Notes: generated by a model from the letters alone, not told the origin. Shown: positions 18,021 to 27,852, counted from the stretch's first letter. The stretch: 32,000 nucleotides of DNA from Microcystis aeruginosa NIES-843 (GCF_000010625.1 NC_010296.1:1020001-1052000); one strand, 5' to 3'. Program-made: numbers and translations.

Positions 18021-19145
18021 GTGGGATTTTCCTTTGAATTAATCGCCCGGTGTCCCCAAACTGGTGCGCGGGTTGGGGTTTGGCATACTCCCCACGGACC
18101 GGTAGAAACACCCCGTTTTATGCCCGTGGGAACTTTGGCCACGGTGAAAGGTTTGACCCCCGCTCAAATCGCCAGCACGGGGGCGCAAATGATTCTCGCT
18201 AATACCTATCACCTGCATCTGCAGCCTGGAGAAAGTATTATCGAGAAAGCGGGAGGTTTACACGAGTTTATGGCGTGGAATCAGCCAATATTAACAGATT
18301 CTGGTGGATTTCAGGTATTTAGCCTCAGTCAACTGCGGCAAATTAAAGAATCGGGAGTCACCTTTCGATCGCCCCGGGACGGTAGAATAATCGAAATTAC
18401 GCCAGAAAAATCGATTCAGATTCAAAATGCCCTCGGTGCTGATGTGATTATGGCCTTCGATGAATGTCCCCCCACGGGAGTCAGTCATGAGACCATGAAA
18501 GCATCCATAGAACGCACCTATCGCTGGTTAGAGCGCTGTCTGAGGGCCCATCAACGACCCCAACAACAGGCTTTATTCGCCATAGTGCAGGGGGGAATCT
18601 ATGAGGATTTACGGGCAGCGGCGGCGGAATCTTTAGTAAAACTCGATTTACCCGGTTATGCTATCGGTGGCGTGAGTGTGGGGGAAGAAACGAGCCTAAT
18701 TCATCGCATTGTCCAGATAACTGCCCCTTTACTCCCCGAAAATAAACCCCGTTACCTGATGGGAGTGGGAACCTATCGAGAAATGGCCAAGGCGATCGCT
18801 AGTGGCATAGATCTGTTTGATTGCGTCATTCCCACCCGTTTTGGTCGCCATGGCACGGCTTTGGTGCGGGGAGAGCGTTGGAACCTCAAAAATGCCCGTT
18901 TTAAGGAGGATTTCGCCCCTTTAGACGAGACTTGTCCCTGTTACACCTGTCAACACTTTAGCCGTGCCTATCTAAATCATTTAATTAAATCGGGGGAGAT
19001 GTTGGGTTATATTCTCTTATCTCTGCACAATATCGCCGAATTAATCAGATTTACCCGTGAAATTCGTCAATCTATCCTAGGGGGGACTTTTGCCCAAGAT
19101 TTTGCCCCTTGGCTTGAGGATGCCTTAGATGTTACCCCAACGTGA
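18021..19145 (+). CDS. tgt: Queuine tRNA-ribosyltransferase
   Basis: Motifs [27 protein letters not shown] and the zinc site C.CYTC...SRAYL.HL. GTG start. Confidence 0.95.
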   Translation: MGFSFELIARCPQTGARVGVWHTPHGPVETPRFMPVGTLATVKGLTPAQIASTGAQMILANTYHLHLQPGESIIEKAGGLHEFMAWNQPILTDSGGFQVFSLSQLRQIKESGVTFRSPRDGRIIEITPEKSIQIQNALGADVIMAFDECPPTGVSHETMKASIERTYRWLERCLRAHQRPQQQALFAIVQGGIYEDLRAAAAESLVKLDLPGYAIGGVSVGEETSLIHRIVQITAPLLPENKPRYLMGVGTYREMAKAIASGIDLFDCVIPTRFGRHGTALVRGERWNLKNARFKEDFAPLDETCPCYTCQHFSRAYLNHLIKSGEMLGYILLSLHNIAELIRFTREIRQSILGGTFAQDFAPWLEDALDVTPT

Positions 19146-19195
19146 TAAAATTTCAGGAAACGTTTGAAAATTTTCTTGTCAAGGTAGATAGAGAG

Positions 19196-19333
19196 ATGGA
19201 AACTGCACTTTTGTTGGCCAAATTGCCGGAAGCATACCAAATTTTCGACCCCTTAGTCGATGTCTTGCCCCTGATTCCCCTATTTTTCCTCTTGCTGGCC
19301 TTTGTTTGGCAAGCATCCGTCGGTTTTAAATAA
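19196..19333 (+). CDS. psbK: Photosystem II reaction centre protein K (precursor)
   Basis: The internal ATG at 19196 gives [45 protein letters not shown], a typical 45-aa pre-PsbK. The ORF-track start at 19142 overlaps tgt and adds non-conserved residues. Confidence 0.9.
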   Translation: METALLLAKLPEAYQIFDPLVDVLPLIPLFFLLLAFVWQASVGFK

Positions 19334-19343
19334 ATCGACCCTC

Positions 19344-19469
19344 AATTATCAGTTATCAGTGAGCAGTTATCAGTTATCAGTTATCGGATTTGAGTTTTAA
19401 GTGAAATGACATCTTTTCAATTATCACTGATCACTGTTTACTGATCACTGTTTATTGAAAAAGCTTCCC
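19344..19469. repeat. Heptamer-repeat hairpin element H2
   Basis: (cagttat)n arm, ggatttgagttttaagt core, complementary (actgatc/actgttt)n arm, then tgaaaaagcttccc. It fills the gap between the convergent stops of psbK (19333) and the pentapeptide gene (19473). Confidence 0.85.
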
Positions 19470-19997
19470 AGATTAAAACAAAGTCCAGGTTAAATCAGCA
19501 TCAGTCAAGTCCACATCTTCTAAAATTGCCCCGCGCAAATCGGCATAACTGAGATCCGCACCCCTGAAACTGGCCCCGGTGAGATCGGTAATAAATCCGT
19601 CTCTTTCGGGACTAGCACGAAAATTAACCAGGCAAAGTCGGCAATCAGCGAAATTAGCTCGATATAACAGGGAGCCACTCAGATTGGCATAGTTGAGATC
19701 GGCTCCGCAAAAGTTAGTTTTGCCTAAGTCCGTGCGTTGGTCGGAAGTGGAGCGAAAATCCGTATCGATTAATACGGCCTGCTGGAGATTAGCACTGTTG
19801 AGATTAACACCGTTTAAGACTGCTTTGGTTAAATAAGTGGCTTCTAAATTGGCTTCGATGAGATTAGCCCCGCTTAAGTCCGCATCTCGTAAACAAGCTC
19901 GATAAAAGTCCACTTGACTTAAATCTGCTCCCCAGAGAATCGCCTCACTTAAATCCGCTTCTCTCAACAGCGATCGCGCAAGGCGTATTTTTCCTAA

Positions 19998-21360
19998 TGG
20001 GACTTAAACGCCAAATAAAGATCAAATCGAGTATAATCGTTAAAGAGTAAGCACTTTACGTTGAAAGATCAGCGATGAAAGAGACAACCCCAGCCGCGAT
20101 GCCCCCATGCTTTGACCGATGGTGTCGGCGGTTTGACAATTGCTTCAAAAACGAAGCGCAAAAAAACGGCTTCAGACAATATTTAGGAGGATTATTAGGG
20201 GAAAGTGAGAGGAAAAACCTCACTCAAATGGCCAATAATGCCGTCGGAGTAGTTTATAACCGATTACATCACTTTTTGACCGAATCTCCCTGGTCAGACC
20301 GTCAGGTGAATGAATGTCGGTTGCAAGTGATGAACCAATGCCGCCAGACGCAAATCCCCCGAGGATTTTCCCTGATTGTCGATGACTCAGGACATCGAAA
20401 AAGTGGCAATCTGACCGCCGGAGTTGGCAGGCAGTACCTAGGAGAAATTGGCAAGACAGACAACGGAATAGTCGCCGTCACTACCCATCTCTACGACGGC
20501 AAAAAAAGTGTCCCCCTAGACATTGAAATTTATCAACCGGCTAGTTCCTTAGCCGAGGGGAAAGAAGACAAAGAATTTAAGAAGAAACCAGAGATAGCGA
20601 TAGATTTAATTGACCGGAGCTTAACCAGAGGCTATCGACCGAAAATCGTCTTAATAGATGCTGGTTATGGCAACAACACAAATTTTCTCAAAGCCCTGGA
20701 AGAAAGAAAGCTAAAATACTTAGGAGGATTGGCAAAAAATCGAAAAGTAATTATTGAAAAAGAAGGGGGTGTGGAAGAAACAATCCAGCTTGAGCAACTA
20801 GCAAAAAGCCTATCAGAAAAGGATTGGGAGAAAATCACCCTAAATCTAGATAAAGAAAAAACGGTTTGGGTAGCGGTATTCAGAGCGAAAATATCTCAAC
20901 TAGAAGGAGAAAGGAACTTGGCGATCGTCATGAATGCAAGTTCAATGGAAAAAGCCACAGAGGTGGACTATTTCATCACCAATGTAGTTGAGGCAGATAC
21001 AGTAACAGCTTCGTGGATAGTGAGGACTTACACCGAAAGAAATTGGGTGGAAGTATTCTACCGAGAAGCCAAAGGATGGTTAGGGTTAAGGGAATATCAA
21101 GTCAGGGATAAACGAAGCTTACTTCGTCATTTTATCCTGGTGTTTTGTGCCTATACATTTATCCTGTGGCATAAGTTAACTGGGGGATTGCAAAGGCAGT
21201 GGGCGAATCGACCTTTAAACACTTTTGTGGAAGCCTTGGAAGCTTTTCGGACAGCGATGTCTTTCCGTTTCTTTGAGTGGCTGACCGAGAATCGGGATGT
21301 GTTTGCCGCTTACAAAGCCAGTTTAGGCTTTGTTTGGGCTTGAAATTTGTTTAAGTCCCA
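19998..21360 (+). mobile_element. IS701-family (IS4-related) insertion sequence, 1363 bp, with 4-bp TSD CTAA
   Basis: Ends tgggacttaaac... / ...gtttaagtccca are imperfect TIRs. CTAA occurs at 19994-19997 and 21361-21364. A single DDE transposase ORF lies inside. Confidence 0.85.
20075..21343 (+). CDS. IS701-family DDE transposase, 422 aa
   Basis: Acidic-residue contexts LIVDDSGHRK and VLIDAGYG, plus YTERNWVEVFYREAKG (the Y-R-E-K signature of IS4/IS701-type enzymes). The N-terminus matches the IS701-like pattern (…FRQYLGGLL…ERKN…). Confidence 0.85.
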   Translation: MKETTPAAMPPCFDRWCRRFDNCFKNEAQKNGFRQYLGGLLGESERKNLTQMANNAVGVVYNRLHHFLTESPWSDRQVNECRLQVMNQCRQTQIPRGFSLIVDDSGHRKSGNLTAGVGRQYLGEIGKTDNGIVAVTTHLYDGKKSVPLDIEIYQPASSLAEGKEDKEFKKKPEIAIDLIDRSLTRGYRPKIVLIDAGYGNNTNFLKALEERKLKYLGGLAKNRKVIIEKEGGVEETIQLEQLAKSLSEKDWEKITLNLDKEKTVWVAVFRAKISQLEGERNLAIVMNASSMEKATEVDYFITNVVEADTVTASWIVRTYTERNWVEVFYREAKGWLGLREYQVRDKRSLLRHFILVFCAYTFILWHKLTGGLQRQWANRPLNTFVEALEAFRTAMSFRFFEWLTENRDVFAAYKASLGFVWA

Positions 21361-21556
21361 CTAACCGCGCCTGTCGCAGATCGGCACGGCAAAAATTGAC
21401 TCCTGGGAGGGCAATATTAGTTAAGTCGCTTTCCCGCAAATTAATACCCCGAAAATCTCTTTCTCCCTCCCGATAGCGTTGACAAAGTTCTTCTAGGAGC
21501 ATGGAAATTTTTTTCTATATCATAATTGAGGCAAAATGTCAAGGGTTTGGTAATTT

Positions 21557-21919
21557 TTATTTAGGGAGATGGAAAGTTGGCAGACTCTCGAATTCTCGGG
21601 CCCGTTGACGCATTTGCTGACTAATGCGATCGCAAACCACCTTACAGAGATCATAGATCACGGGGTCGGTAATTTGATAGTAAACGCTGACTCCTTGGGG
21701 TTGCCGCGAGATAATTCCCGCTTGGGTTAAAGCTTTCAGGTGTTTGGAGAGATTGGCCTGACCTAGTCCGGTAGCTTCGGCGATTTCTTTACCATTCATC
21801 GCGCCTAATTGCAAGCAACTGAGAATCTGTAGGCGACTGACTTCCGACAGGACTTTGAAATAGTCCGCCACCGAAGCGAGGACGACGCTAGAGGTTTGGG
21901 GGGAGAAACTGTCCAACAT
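21557..21919 (-). CDS. ArsR/SmtB-family winged-helix transcriptional regulator
   Basis: FKVLSEVSRLQILSCL...GAMNGKEIAEATGLGQANLSKHLKALTQAGIISRQPQGVSVYY is a typical ArsR HTH. It sits directly upstream of, and co-oriented with, the pentapeptide gene. Confidence 0.85.
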   Translation of the reverse strand: MLDSFSPQTSSVVLASVADYFKVLSEVSRLQILSCLQLGAMNGKEIAEATGLGQANLSKHLKALTQAGIISRQPQGVSVYYQITDPVIYDLCKVVCDRISQQMRQRAREFESLPTFHLPK

Positions 21920-22115
21920 AGGTAGGTAATAAAGTGACCAGTTAAAAAGGCTGACAATAGGTTATCGTTTAAAACTTTATAACTATTGACTACTATAGTT
22001 TAACTGGAGAGGTAACTAGAGTCTAGTCTGCAAGCTCGATCGAGATTGGGTCATTCAGGAATCTACTGCTGCAAGAGTGCCTCCTAGCTCCACCAACAGA
22101 CTTTTTCAGCAAACC

Positions 22116-23126
22116 CTAACTATAACCGAGCATGGTACTGATTAACTGCCGGACCGTAGTGCTAGGATGGTTCTCCAAATTGCTTGGTAAAGCCCATTCT
22201 GAGTCAAGATAGGACATCTTCAGTAAATCTCTCACTTGTTTTGATTTAGCTTGTCCTGTACTTTGAGCAACCCCAAAAGCCTGATAAAGTTCTGTGGCCG
22301 AAATGTGGGGATTTTGAGTAGGATCGAAGAGAAAATTGACCATTCCTAGGGCGTGAGTAATGCCAGCAGCCCAGGAATTAGCCTTACCTTTTTCTAGGGG
22401 AGAGGGACGCTTACGAGCTAAAGTTGCAGTTAATTGGCGAATAAGTTGGGCGTATTCTTCATTAAGATATTGAGCGGCAAATTTATCGGTAATAGCGGTA
22501 ATTTCTTGATATTTGACCTGCATTGCCTTGGGAACATTTTCCGATTTAGAAACAGCTGGAAGCGTTTTTTTCGATGTTGCTGCCGCTTGCTGTTTAGCAC
22601 GTTGTTCAGCATTATATTTTTCTTGAAAAGCTGTTAAACCCTCCTGACTGGTGATATCAAAACCCTGCTGATGCGCTTGTAACAGGAGATTTTTCATAAA
22701 ACCGGCACTGTTGGTATCGTTCATCAGTTGACCAAAGCGATCTCCTAATTGCTCTAAATATTTAATAATAGCCTTAGCCTGAGTTAATTTATATTCTCGT
22801 CCCAAAAATTGCCAAAAACTAATTAATTCAGGGATAGCATCTTCGGTTTCCGTCGGATCGAGTATAGTAATTTTGCGTGGTAAAATCTTCTCCATTAAGA
22901 TTTGCACATCTGCCTTAGTCATGGTAGCAAGGGTATAACCTTCATAGAGATAGCCCAACTCAATCAAGGTAGCAATCCAACCACCACCTTCTTCTTTTTC
23001 TTGATAATAGGCCTCTCCCTCTGGCGAATTGATATATTCTTCGATCGCTCCAGTAATATAATCTTCTAATAAGGGTTCGGCTTCATCGTAGTCTAAATTA
23101 TCTAATTGTCGGATATTAAAAGTCAT
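22116..23126 (-). CDS. Conserved hypothetical protein, 336 aa (C-terminal region may be a DUF6398-type domain)
   Basis: Long clean ORF with a K/Q-rich linker. The C-terminal segment ...KGKANSWAAGITHALGMVNFLFD...AFGVAQSTGQAKSKQVRDLL recalls that domain from memory only. Confidence 0.6.
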   Translation of the reverse strand: MTFNIRQLDNLDYDEAEPLLEDYITGAIEEYINSPEGEAYYQEKEEGGGWIATLIELGYLYEGYTLATMTKADVQILMEKILPRKITILDPTETEDAIPELISFWQFLGREYKLTQAKAIIKYLEQLGDRFGQLMNDTNSAGFMKNLLLQAHQQGFDITSQEGLTAFQEKYNAEQRAKQQAAATSKKTLPAVSKSENVPKAMQVKYQEITAITDKFAAQYLNEEYAQLIRQLTATLARKRPSPLEKGKANSWAAGITHALGMVNFLFDPTQNPHISATELYQAFGVAQSTGQAKSKQVRDLLKMSYLDSEWALPSNLENHPSTTVRQLISTMLGYS

Positions 23127-23261
23127 AACTCTAGTTTTCCTCCGAGGCTTTCCTTTAATTTTAGGGGATTAGCTGACCGACGACCAAACTGACGCTAAAA
23201 TAGTCTTTGCTGTCCGGGGTTGTTGCTTGCTCCTGACGGTGGTTGTAACCGGTAACTGAAC

Positions 23262-24713
23262 ATGACTTCGATTCGTCAACTGCATCAACAACTCGTTAAT
23301 AAAGAAAAAACAGCCGTCGAAATCGCTACAGAATTTCTCGCTCGTATTCAAGCGCTCGAACCACAAGTAAAAAGCTTTCTCCATTTAACCCCGGATTTAG
23401 CCCTCGCACAAGCCCAAAAAGTGGACGAGAAAATCGCCAGGGGTGAATCGCTGCATCTGTTAGCAGGTATTCCCATCGCATTAAAAGATAATCTCTGCAC
23501 CAAGGGTATCCCCACCACCTGCGCTTCCCGGATTTTAGAGAATTTTGTCCCCCCCTACGAGTCCACCGTTACCCAAAAATTACGGGATTTAGGAGCAGTT
23601 ATCGTCGGTAAAACCAATTTAGACGAGTTTGCTATGGGTAGTTCCACAGAAAACTCCGGTTATCACGTTACTGCTAATCCCTGGGACTTATCCCGGGTGC
23701 CGGGAGGCTCTTCGGGGGGGTCGGCTGCGGCTGTGGCCGCTCAAGAATGTGTGGTCGCCCTAGGATCGGATACCGGTGGCTCAATTCGTCAACCGGCTTC
23801 ATTTTGTGGCGTTGTCGGGCTAAAACCGACCTATGGCTTGGTTTCTCGCTTTGGTTTGGTGGCTTACGCTTCTTCTCTCGATCAGATCGGTCCCTTTGGT
23901 CGTACCGTAGAAGATGCGGCGATTTTATTACAAGCGATCGCAGGTTACGATCCCCAAGATTCCACCAGTCTCAATCTGCCGATTCCCGACTATAGCCAAT
24001 TCCTGAAAACCAGTTTAAAAGGGTTAAAAATTGGCGTAATTAAGGAAACTTTCGGGGAAGGTTTGGATCAGGTCGTTGCTGAGGCAGTTAATCAAGCTTT
24101 AGCGCAGTTAAAGGCCCTCGGTGCCACAATTAAAGAGATTTCCTGTCCCCGTTTCCGTTACGGATTGCCCACCTACTACATTATCGCCCCCTCGGAGGCA
24201 TCAGCGAATTTAGCCCGTTACGATGGGGTTAAATACGGTATTCGGGAAGATGCCGATAGTTTGATTGATATGTACACCAAGACTCGCGCCAAGGGTTTTG
24301 GTGCGGAAGTTAAGCGCCGGATTATGTTGGGAACCTATACCCTCTCGGCGGGTTATTATGATGCTTATTACCTGAAAGCACAAAAGGTAAGGACTTTGAT
24401 CAAAGAGGATTTCGATCGAGCTTTTCAATCGGTAGATGTGTTAGTTTCTCCCACTTCACCGACCACAGCTTTTAAAGCCGGGGAAAAAACGGCGGATCCT
24501 CTGAGTATGTATTTATCAGATTTAATGACTATTCCCGTCAATTTAGCCGGTTTACCCGGGTTAAGTCTTCCCTGCGGTTTTGATGGGCAAGGTTTGCCAA
24601 TTGGTTTACAATTAGTCGGTAATGTGCTGCGCGAAGATCAATTATTTCACGTCGCCCACGCCTACGAACAGGCCACCGATTGGCACAAACGTCAACCATC
24701 TTTTACAAATTGA
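23262..24713 (+). CDS. gatA: Glutamyl-tRNA(Gln) amidotransferase subunit A
   Basis: Amidase signature [12 protein letters not shown]...[12 protein letters not shown]. Full-length GatA-like, 483 aa. Confidence 0.95.
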   Translation: MTSIRQLHQQLVNKEKTAVEIATEFLARIQALEPQVKSFLHLTPDLALAQAQKVDEKIARGESLHLLAGIPIALKDNLCTKGIPTTCASRILENFVPPYESTVTQKLRDLGAVIVGKTNLDEFAMGSSTENSGYHVTANPWDLSRVPGGSSGGSAAAVAAQECVVALGSDTGGSIRQPASFCGVVGLKPTYGLVSRFGLVAYASSLDQIGPFGRTVEDAAILLQAIAGYDPQDSTSLNLPIPDYSQFLKTSLKGLKIGVIKETFGEGLDQVVAEAVNQALAQLKALGATIKEISCPRFRYGLPTYYIIAPSEASANLARYDGVKYGIREDADSLIDMYTKTRAKGFGAEVKRRIMLGTYTLSAGYYDAYYLKAQKVRTLIKEDFDRAFQSVDVLVSPTSPTTAFKAGEKTADPLSMYLSDLMTIPVNLAGLPGLSLPCGFDGQGLPIGLQLVGNVLREDQLFHVAHAYEQATDWHKRQPSFTN

Positions 24714-24744
24714 TACAATTGCTGGTGGCTATCTTTTGCTGGTA

Positions 24745-24846
24745 AGTAGTCGTGCAAAATTAATTTCCTAGTGAAGATAGGCAAGAGGCACTCTTGCAAG
24801 AGGCAAGAGGTGTTTAGATATGTGTAATTAATTTTGCTTAGGTACT
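24745..24846. mobile_element. MITE-B (102 bp) with TA target duplication and TIRs agta...gcaaaattaatt
   Basis: The empty site is visible at 28403-28412 (ccggtagccatc), and the filled site is ctggTA[agtagtcgtgcaaaattaat...attaattttgcttaggtact]TAgccatc. The interior has (ggcaagag) repeats. A related right end occurs at 251-272. Confidence 0.85.
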
Positions 24847-24863
24847 TAGCCATCAAGTAAAAA

Positions 24864-24983
24864 TCAGCAACACTGAAAATGTCTCAAGTCTTCTCTTAAT
24901 TGGGGACAATTTGCCAAAAAAGCGTTTACCTCATCATCCCATTCTAAGTTGAGCGGCAGCCGCCAAACTTTGGCTTTTATAAA
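24864..24983 (-). pseudogene. C-terminal stub (39 codons, no start) of an unidentified small-gene family
   Basis: The minus strand reads FIKAKVWRLPLNLEWDDEVNAFLANCPQLREDLRHFQCC*, bounded upstream by an in-frame stop right after doc. A degenerate second copy (with an in-frame stop and MITE-D) lies at ~25684-25910, and a third partial DNA match at 28432-28454. Confidence 0.5.
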
Positions 24984-25014
24984 TCACTTTGGTAAGGTCG
25001 AATCCAACACGGTG

Positions 25015-25401
25015 TTAGCTTGCTCCAACGTTTTGCCGTAACCAATTGGTAAAGGCAACACGTTCTAATTCACCAGAGGCTAAAGCTAAAATGACTCGTT
25101 CTTGCTCATCTACAAAAGCATTAATCTCCAGTCCATTCAACACCAGAAATGTTTCCATTGCCCCATGACCAGTGCGCTTGTTGCCATCAAGAAATGGGTG
25201 ATTCATCACAATTGAAAATCCCAAAGCTGAAGCTTTATCAACAATTGTCGGATAAAGATCCTGCCCGCCAAATGTCATGCGTGGTTGAGCAATAGCAGAC
25301 TCTAAAGAACCTAGGTCACGAATACCCATAGCTCCTTGGGACTGTTGAATAATTTGATGATGTAAATCGAGGACTTCCACTAATGTTAGATAGCGTATCA
25401 T
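25015..25401 (-). CDS. doc: Doc-family (Fic fold) toxin
   Basis: HPFLDGNKRTG motif, 128 aa. The start overlaps the upstream antitoxin stop by 4 nt (ATGA). Confidence 0.9.
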   Translation of the reverse strand: MIRYLTLVEVLDLHHQIIQQSQGAMGIRDLGSLESAIAQPRMTFGGQDLYPTIVDKASALGFSIVMNHPFLDGNKRTGHGAMETFLVLNGLEINAFVDEQERVILALASGELERVAFTNWLRQNVGAS

Positions 25402-25598
25402 GCTAAACGACGATAAAGTTCAGCGTTTTTCTTGAGTACATAGCTTGATGCTTGAGTAAATTCGTTTTTAGGACCAACCAACCAATCTTCTATGCTGGCA
25501 CTGAGTAAGTCTTCAGGGGAAACTTGGCTGTTCTGAGCTAACTGTTGTAATCGTCGAAACTGCTCATCTGAGATATTAACAGTAATGGAAGCCATCAA
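25398..25598 (-). CDS. Antitoxin for Doc (RHH-like N-terminus), 66 aa
   Basis: A short beta-strand-like ITVNIS followed by helices. Position and 4-nt overlap with doc are typical of a type II TA operon. Confidence 0.75.
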   Translation of the reverse strand: MMASITVNISDEQFRRLQQLAQNSQVSPEDLLSASIEDWLVGPKNEFTQASSYVLKKNAELYRRLA

Positions 25599-25721
25599 AA
25601 ACCTCTCAATAGTCTAAATATTTAACATTATAACCTCCGTAAACCTAAATATGGAACCTGTTACAGTTAATTAACGCACCCCTCAAGTCTTCTCTGTGGC
25701 CCAGCAATGCTCTAAAGTTGA

Positions 25722-25831
25722 TATAGCGTTTTTCAGTCTGCTGAGGTACAAAAGTTATGGGTTTTAGGCAAAAGGCAAGAGGCAAAAGGGAAGAAAAATA
25801 GGTGTACCTCACTAGCTTAGGAAACGCTATA
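25722..25831. mobile_element. MITE-D (110 bp) with ~28-bp imperfect TIRs tatagcgttt...gaggtac / gtacctc...aaacgctata
   Basis: Read directly. The interior (ggcaaaaggcaagaggcaaaagg) is related to the MITE-B core. It interrupts the second copy of the stub sequence. Confidence 0.75.
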
Positions 25832-25961
25832 TTTTAATTGGGGACAATTTGCCAAAAAAGCTTTCACTTTGTCATCTCACTCTAAGGGTGAAGTTAGCTG
25901 TCTGGCAATAACGCAACTGCCAACTTGACCGGATTATCTGCTGGTAGATGTGACCCATTTT

Positions 25962-26969
25962 TTAGAGTTCTTCTACTTGATATCCCTGTCTCTTGGCAAT
26001 TTCAAGGATTGGGTTGATGTTATCAATCCCCCACTGATTACAAACGGCAATTGTCTGACCATCTCCGGTTTGGAGTAACTGCTCCTCGTTTAAGAAGTAG
26101 CGTTTAGCCCCTCCCTTTTCCGTCGCTTTTTCTAGTAGGGCAACAACACCAAAGCTACGATGAATTTCATCAGGGAATATCTGGCGTAATTGGTCGAAAG
26201 TTGTGTCCGGATTTGTTTGGAGGTGATGAGTAACGATAGCTAGTACGAGCTGGCGCTTATTGTAAATATTTCCAAGGAACTGATATTGCGTCTTATCTTT
26301 ACTAAAACTGGCAGCCGTTCTCTGAGCCGATGCTTGCTCTCTCACCTTCACTTGGTACTCTTCTGCTTCTGGCAATGGGATAATTTGTTCAATGTCAAGC
26401 AGAAGCTCTTCCCCAAGCTTATAGGGTTGTAGCCGAACACAACGGATATCCAAATCTCGATCGTTTAGCCACATTACCGTTGTGGTTAGCTCTCTAGAAA
26501 AGTTAGCCGATGCCAAAACAATTCTGACATCCTTTGGAAATTGCTCTTCTAGGGCATTACTCCAGCCCAAAAAGTTGAGGATTTCTTCCTCAGCATTTTT
26601 ACCAATACAACGTTTTTCAAGATATTGCTGGTAAATTTCAACAGCTCTTTTGAAGGTCAATGTAGAAACCATCGCGGCATAGCGAAGTGCTTGAAGTTCC
26701 ATGTGGGCACCAGTGTCATCTCTTTTAAGTTCAATGACTACTAAGTTCGCTTGTTTATCAATGCCGAGCAGATCAATTCTTCTAGCTCCTTCAGTCCATT
26801 CTGAAAACTCTTCAGAAATGACCAACGTATCTGGAGAGATGACTGTGATTTTATCTCTTAGAGCAGCTTGGAGGTCAGAACGCTCTTGAATTTTCTCTAT
26901 GCCAAACTGTGTGTTCTGGACTTCAGTAATTTGTTTATCTTTGAAAGTATAGAGAGGCATGAGTTCCAC
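25962..26969 (-). CDS. NucS/DUF91-like PD-(D/E)xK nuclease-fold protein with a C-terminal extension, 335 aa
   Basis: Core RIDLLGIDKQANLVVIELKRD gives a D...E-x-K pattern in the beta-strand context typical of DUF91/NucS C-terminal domains. The C-terminal ~110 aa (…FGVVALLEKA…RYFL…VCNQWG…) resembles the domain often fused to DUF91 (possibly DUF4268, from memory). Confidence 0.7.
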   Translation of the reverse strand: MELMPLYTFKDKQITEVQNTQFGIEKIQERSDLQAALRDKITVISPDTLVISEEFSEWTEGARRIDLLGIDKQANLVVIELKRDDTGAHMELQALRYAAMVSTLTFKRAVEIYQQYLEKRCIGKNAEEEILNFLGWSNALEEQFPKDVRIVLASANFSRELTTTVMWLNDRDLDIRCVRLQPYKLGEELLLDIEQIIPLPEAEEYQVKVREQASAQRTAASFSKDKTQYQFLGNIYNKRQLVLAIVTHHLQTNPDTTFDQLRQIFPDEIHRSFGVVALLEKATEKGGAKRYFLNEEQLLQTGDGQTIAVCNQWGIDNINPILEIAKRQGYQVEEL

Positions 26970-27134
26970 TAGCTTTAGACAATGATTTATACATTATACA
27001 GTTAAAACTGAACCCAAGTAAGACAGCTAACGGCCATGGTCAGCGGTGGTAATCAAAAATGGCGTTGCTGAATCAAGATATGAATACTAATGAATGCACC
27101 TATCCACAAGTTAGCCTAGTTCTAGGTTTTAAAA

Positions 27135-27755
27135 ATTGCCAAAGAAGACAATTTCCTAGAAGTACAATTGAGGTTTTATTCCCGTTTCTTCAGTGAAATC
27201 TTCCTCTATCTCCACCAAACGGACTTAAGCAACAACTGGCAGGGAGTAGTTATTTATCCTCGGCGTTCAGTGGAAAGCGTAGAGACTGCTTGTTATGGGG
27301 AGTTAATCAACTCCAGCAGGATTTTACGTTTTTATCTCGAGGAATTAAGGGAAGGGGAATCCCTGGGAATATCAATGTTACAGTTAATTGTAGCACCAAC
27401 CGCCAGAGCGATCGAGCAAGGAAAACAATTAATTCCACGGATTAGAGAAGAATTCCCTAATCTCAAACAACAGCCAGAACTTTTAGAATTGATAGAGACA
27501 ATTTTGGTTTATAAGTTACCCCAAGTCAGTAGAAAGTAGATAGAAGCGATGTTTAGTTTAAGTGATTTAAAACAAACTAAAGTGTATCAGGAAGCTTTAG
27601 AAGAAGGTAGAGAGGAGGGCCGACAAGAAGGTGAATTAGCAGCAAAATTAGCCTCTATTCCTCGTTTATTGGCATTAGGATTAAACTTTGAACAGATAGC
27701 ACAGGCTTTAGAATTAGATATCGAACAGGTTAGACAAGCAACTCAAAGGGAATAG
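27135..27755 (+). pseudogene. Rpn-family (DUF2887 + DUF4351, PD-(D/E)xK putative transposase) gene remnant, N-terminally truncated with an in-frame TAG
   Basis: …LEVQLRFYSRFFSEIFLYL… and …ILVYKLPQVSRK*IEAMFSLSDLKQTKVYQEALEEGR… match the cyanobacterial Rpn-like family pattern. Stops lie upstream of ~27135 and an in-frame TAG at 27537-27539. Confidence 0.7.
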
Positions 27756-27767
27756 GAAAGGTTCAAA
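27416..27767 (+). repeat. Left copy of a 352-bp direct duplication (period 596 bp) covering the Rpn-remnant 3' part and the 68-aa DUF4351 ORF 27549..27755
   Basis: Aligns with 28012-28363 with 4 substitutions and no indels (checked by constant offset). Confidence 0.9.
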
Positions 27768-27852
27768 GCGATCGCACTAAGGTTAGATAGCGTATCATGC
27801 TAAACGACTTTTGTACTATAGCAGAGAGACTAGCTGTGTCATCATTAGACAT

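Larger units (their letters stand above)
19473..21502 (-). pseudogene. Pentapeptide-repeat protein gene split by an IS701-family insertion
   Basis: The N-terminal part (21502 down to 21361) reads MLLEELCQRYREGERDFRGINLRESDLTNIALPGVNFCRADLRQARL. The C-terminal part (19997 down to 19473) continues GKIRLARSLLREADLSEAILWGADL.... Deleting 19998-21360 and one CTAA restores one open frame. Confidence 0.85.

Noticed and set aside
17794-18142. Two minus-strand ORFs (105 and 84 aa) with SVISYQL repeats
   Set aside because: They translate the heptamer repeat and the antisense strands of tgt and the 153-aa gene. They are artefacts.
19142-19195. Longer psbK start overlapping tgt
   Set aside because: PsbK precursors are about 45 aa. 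The extension [18 protein letters not shown] is not PsbK-like and begins at GTG inside the tgt stop region.
22091-22112. MITE-A-like terminus ctttttcagcaaaccctaac just before the stop of the 22116 gene
   Set aside because: Only about 20 nt match the MITE-A right TIR. The upstream sequence shows no similarity to the MITE interior, so I cannot call a copy.
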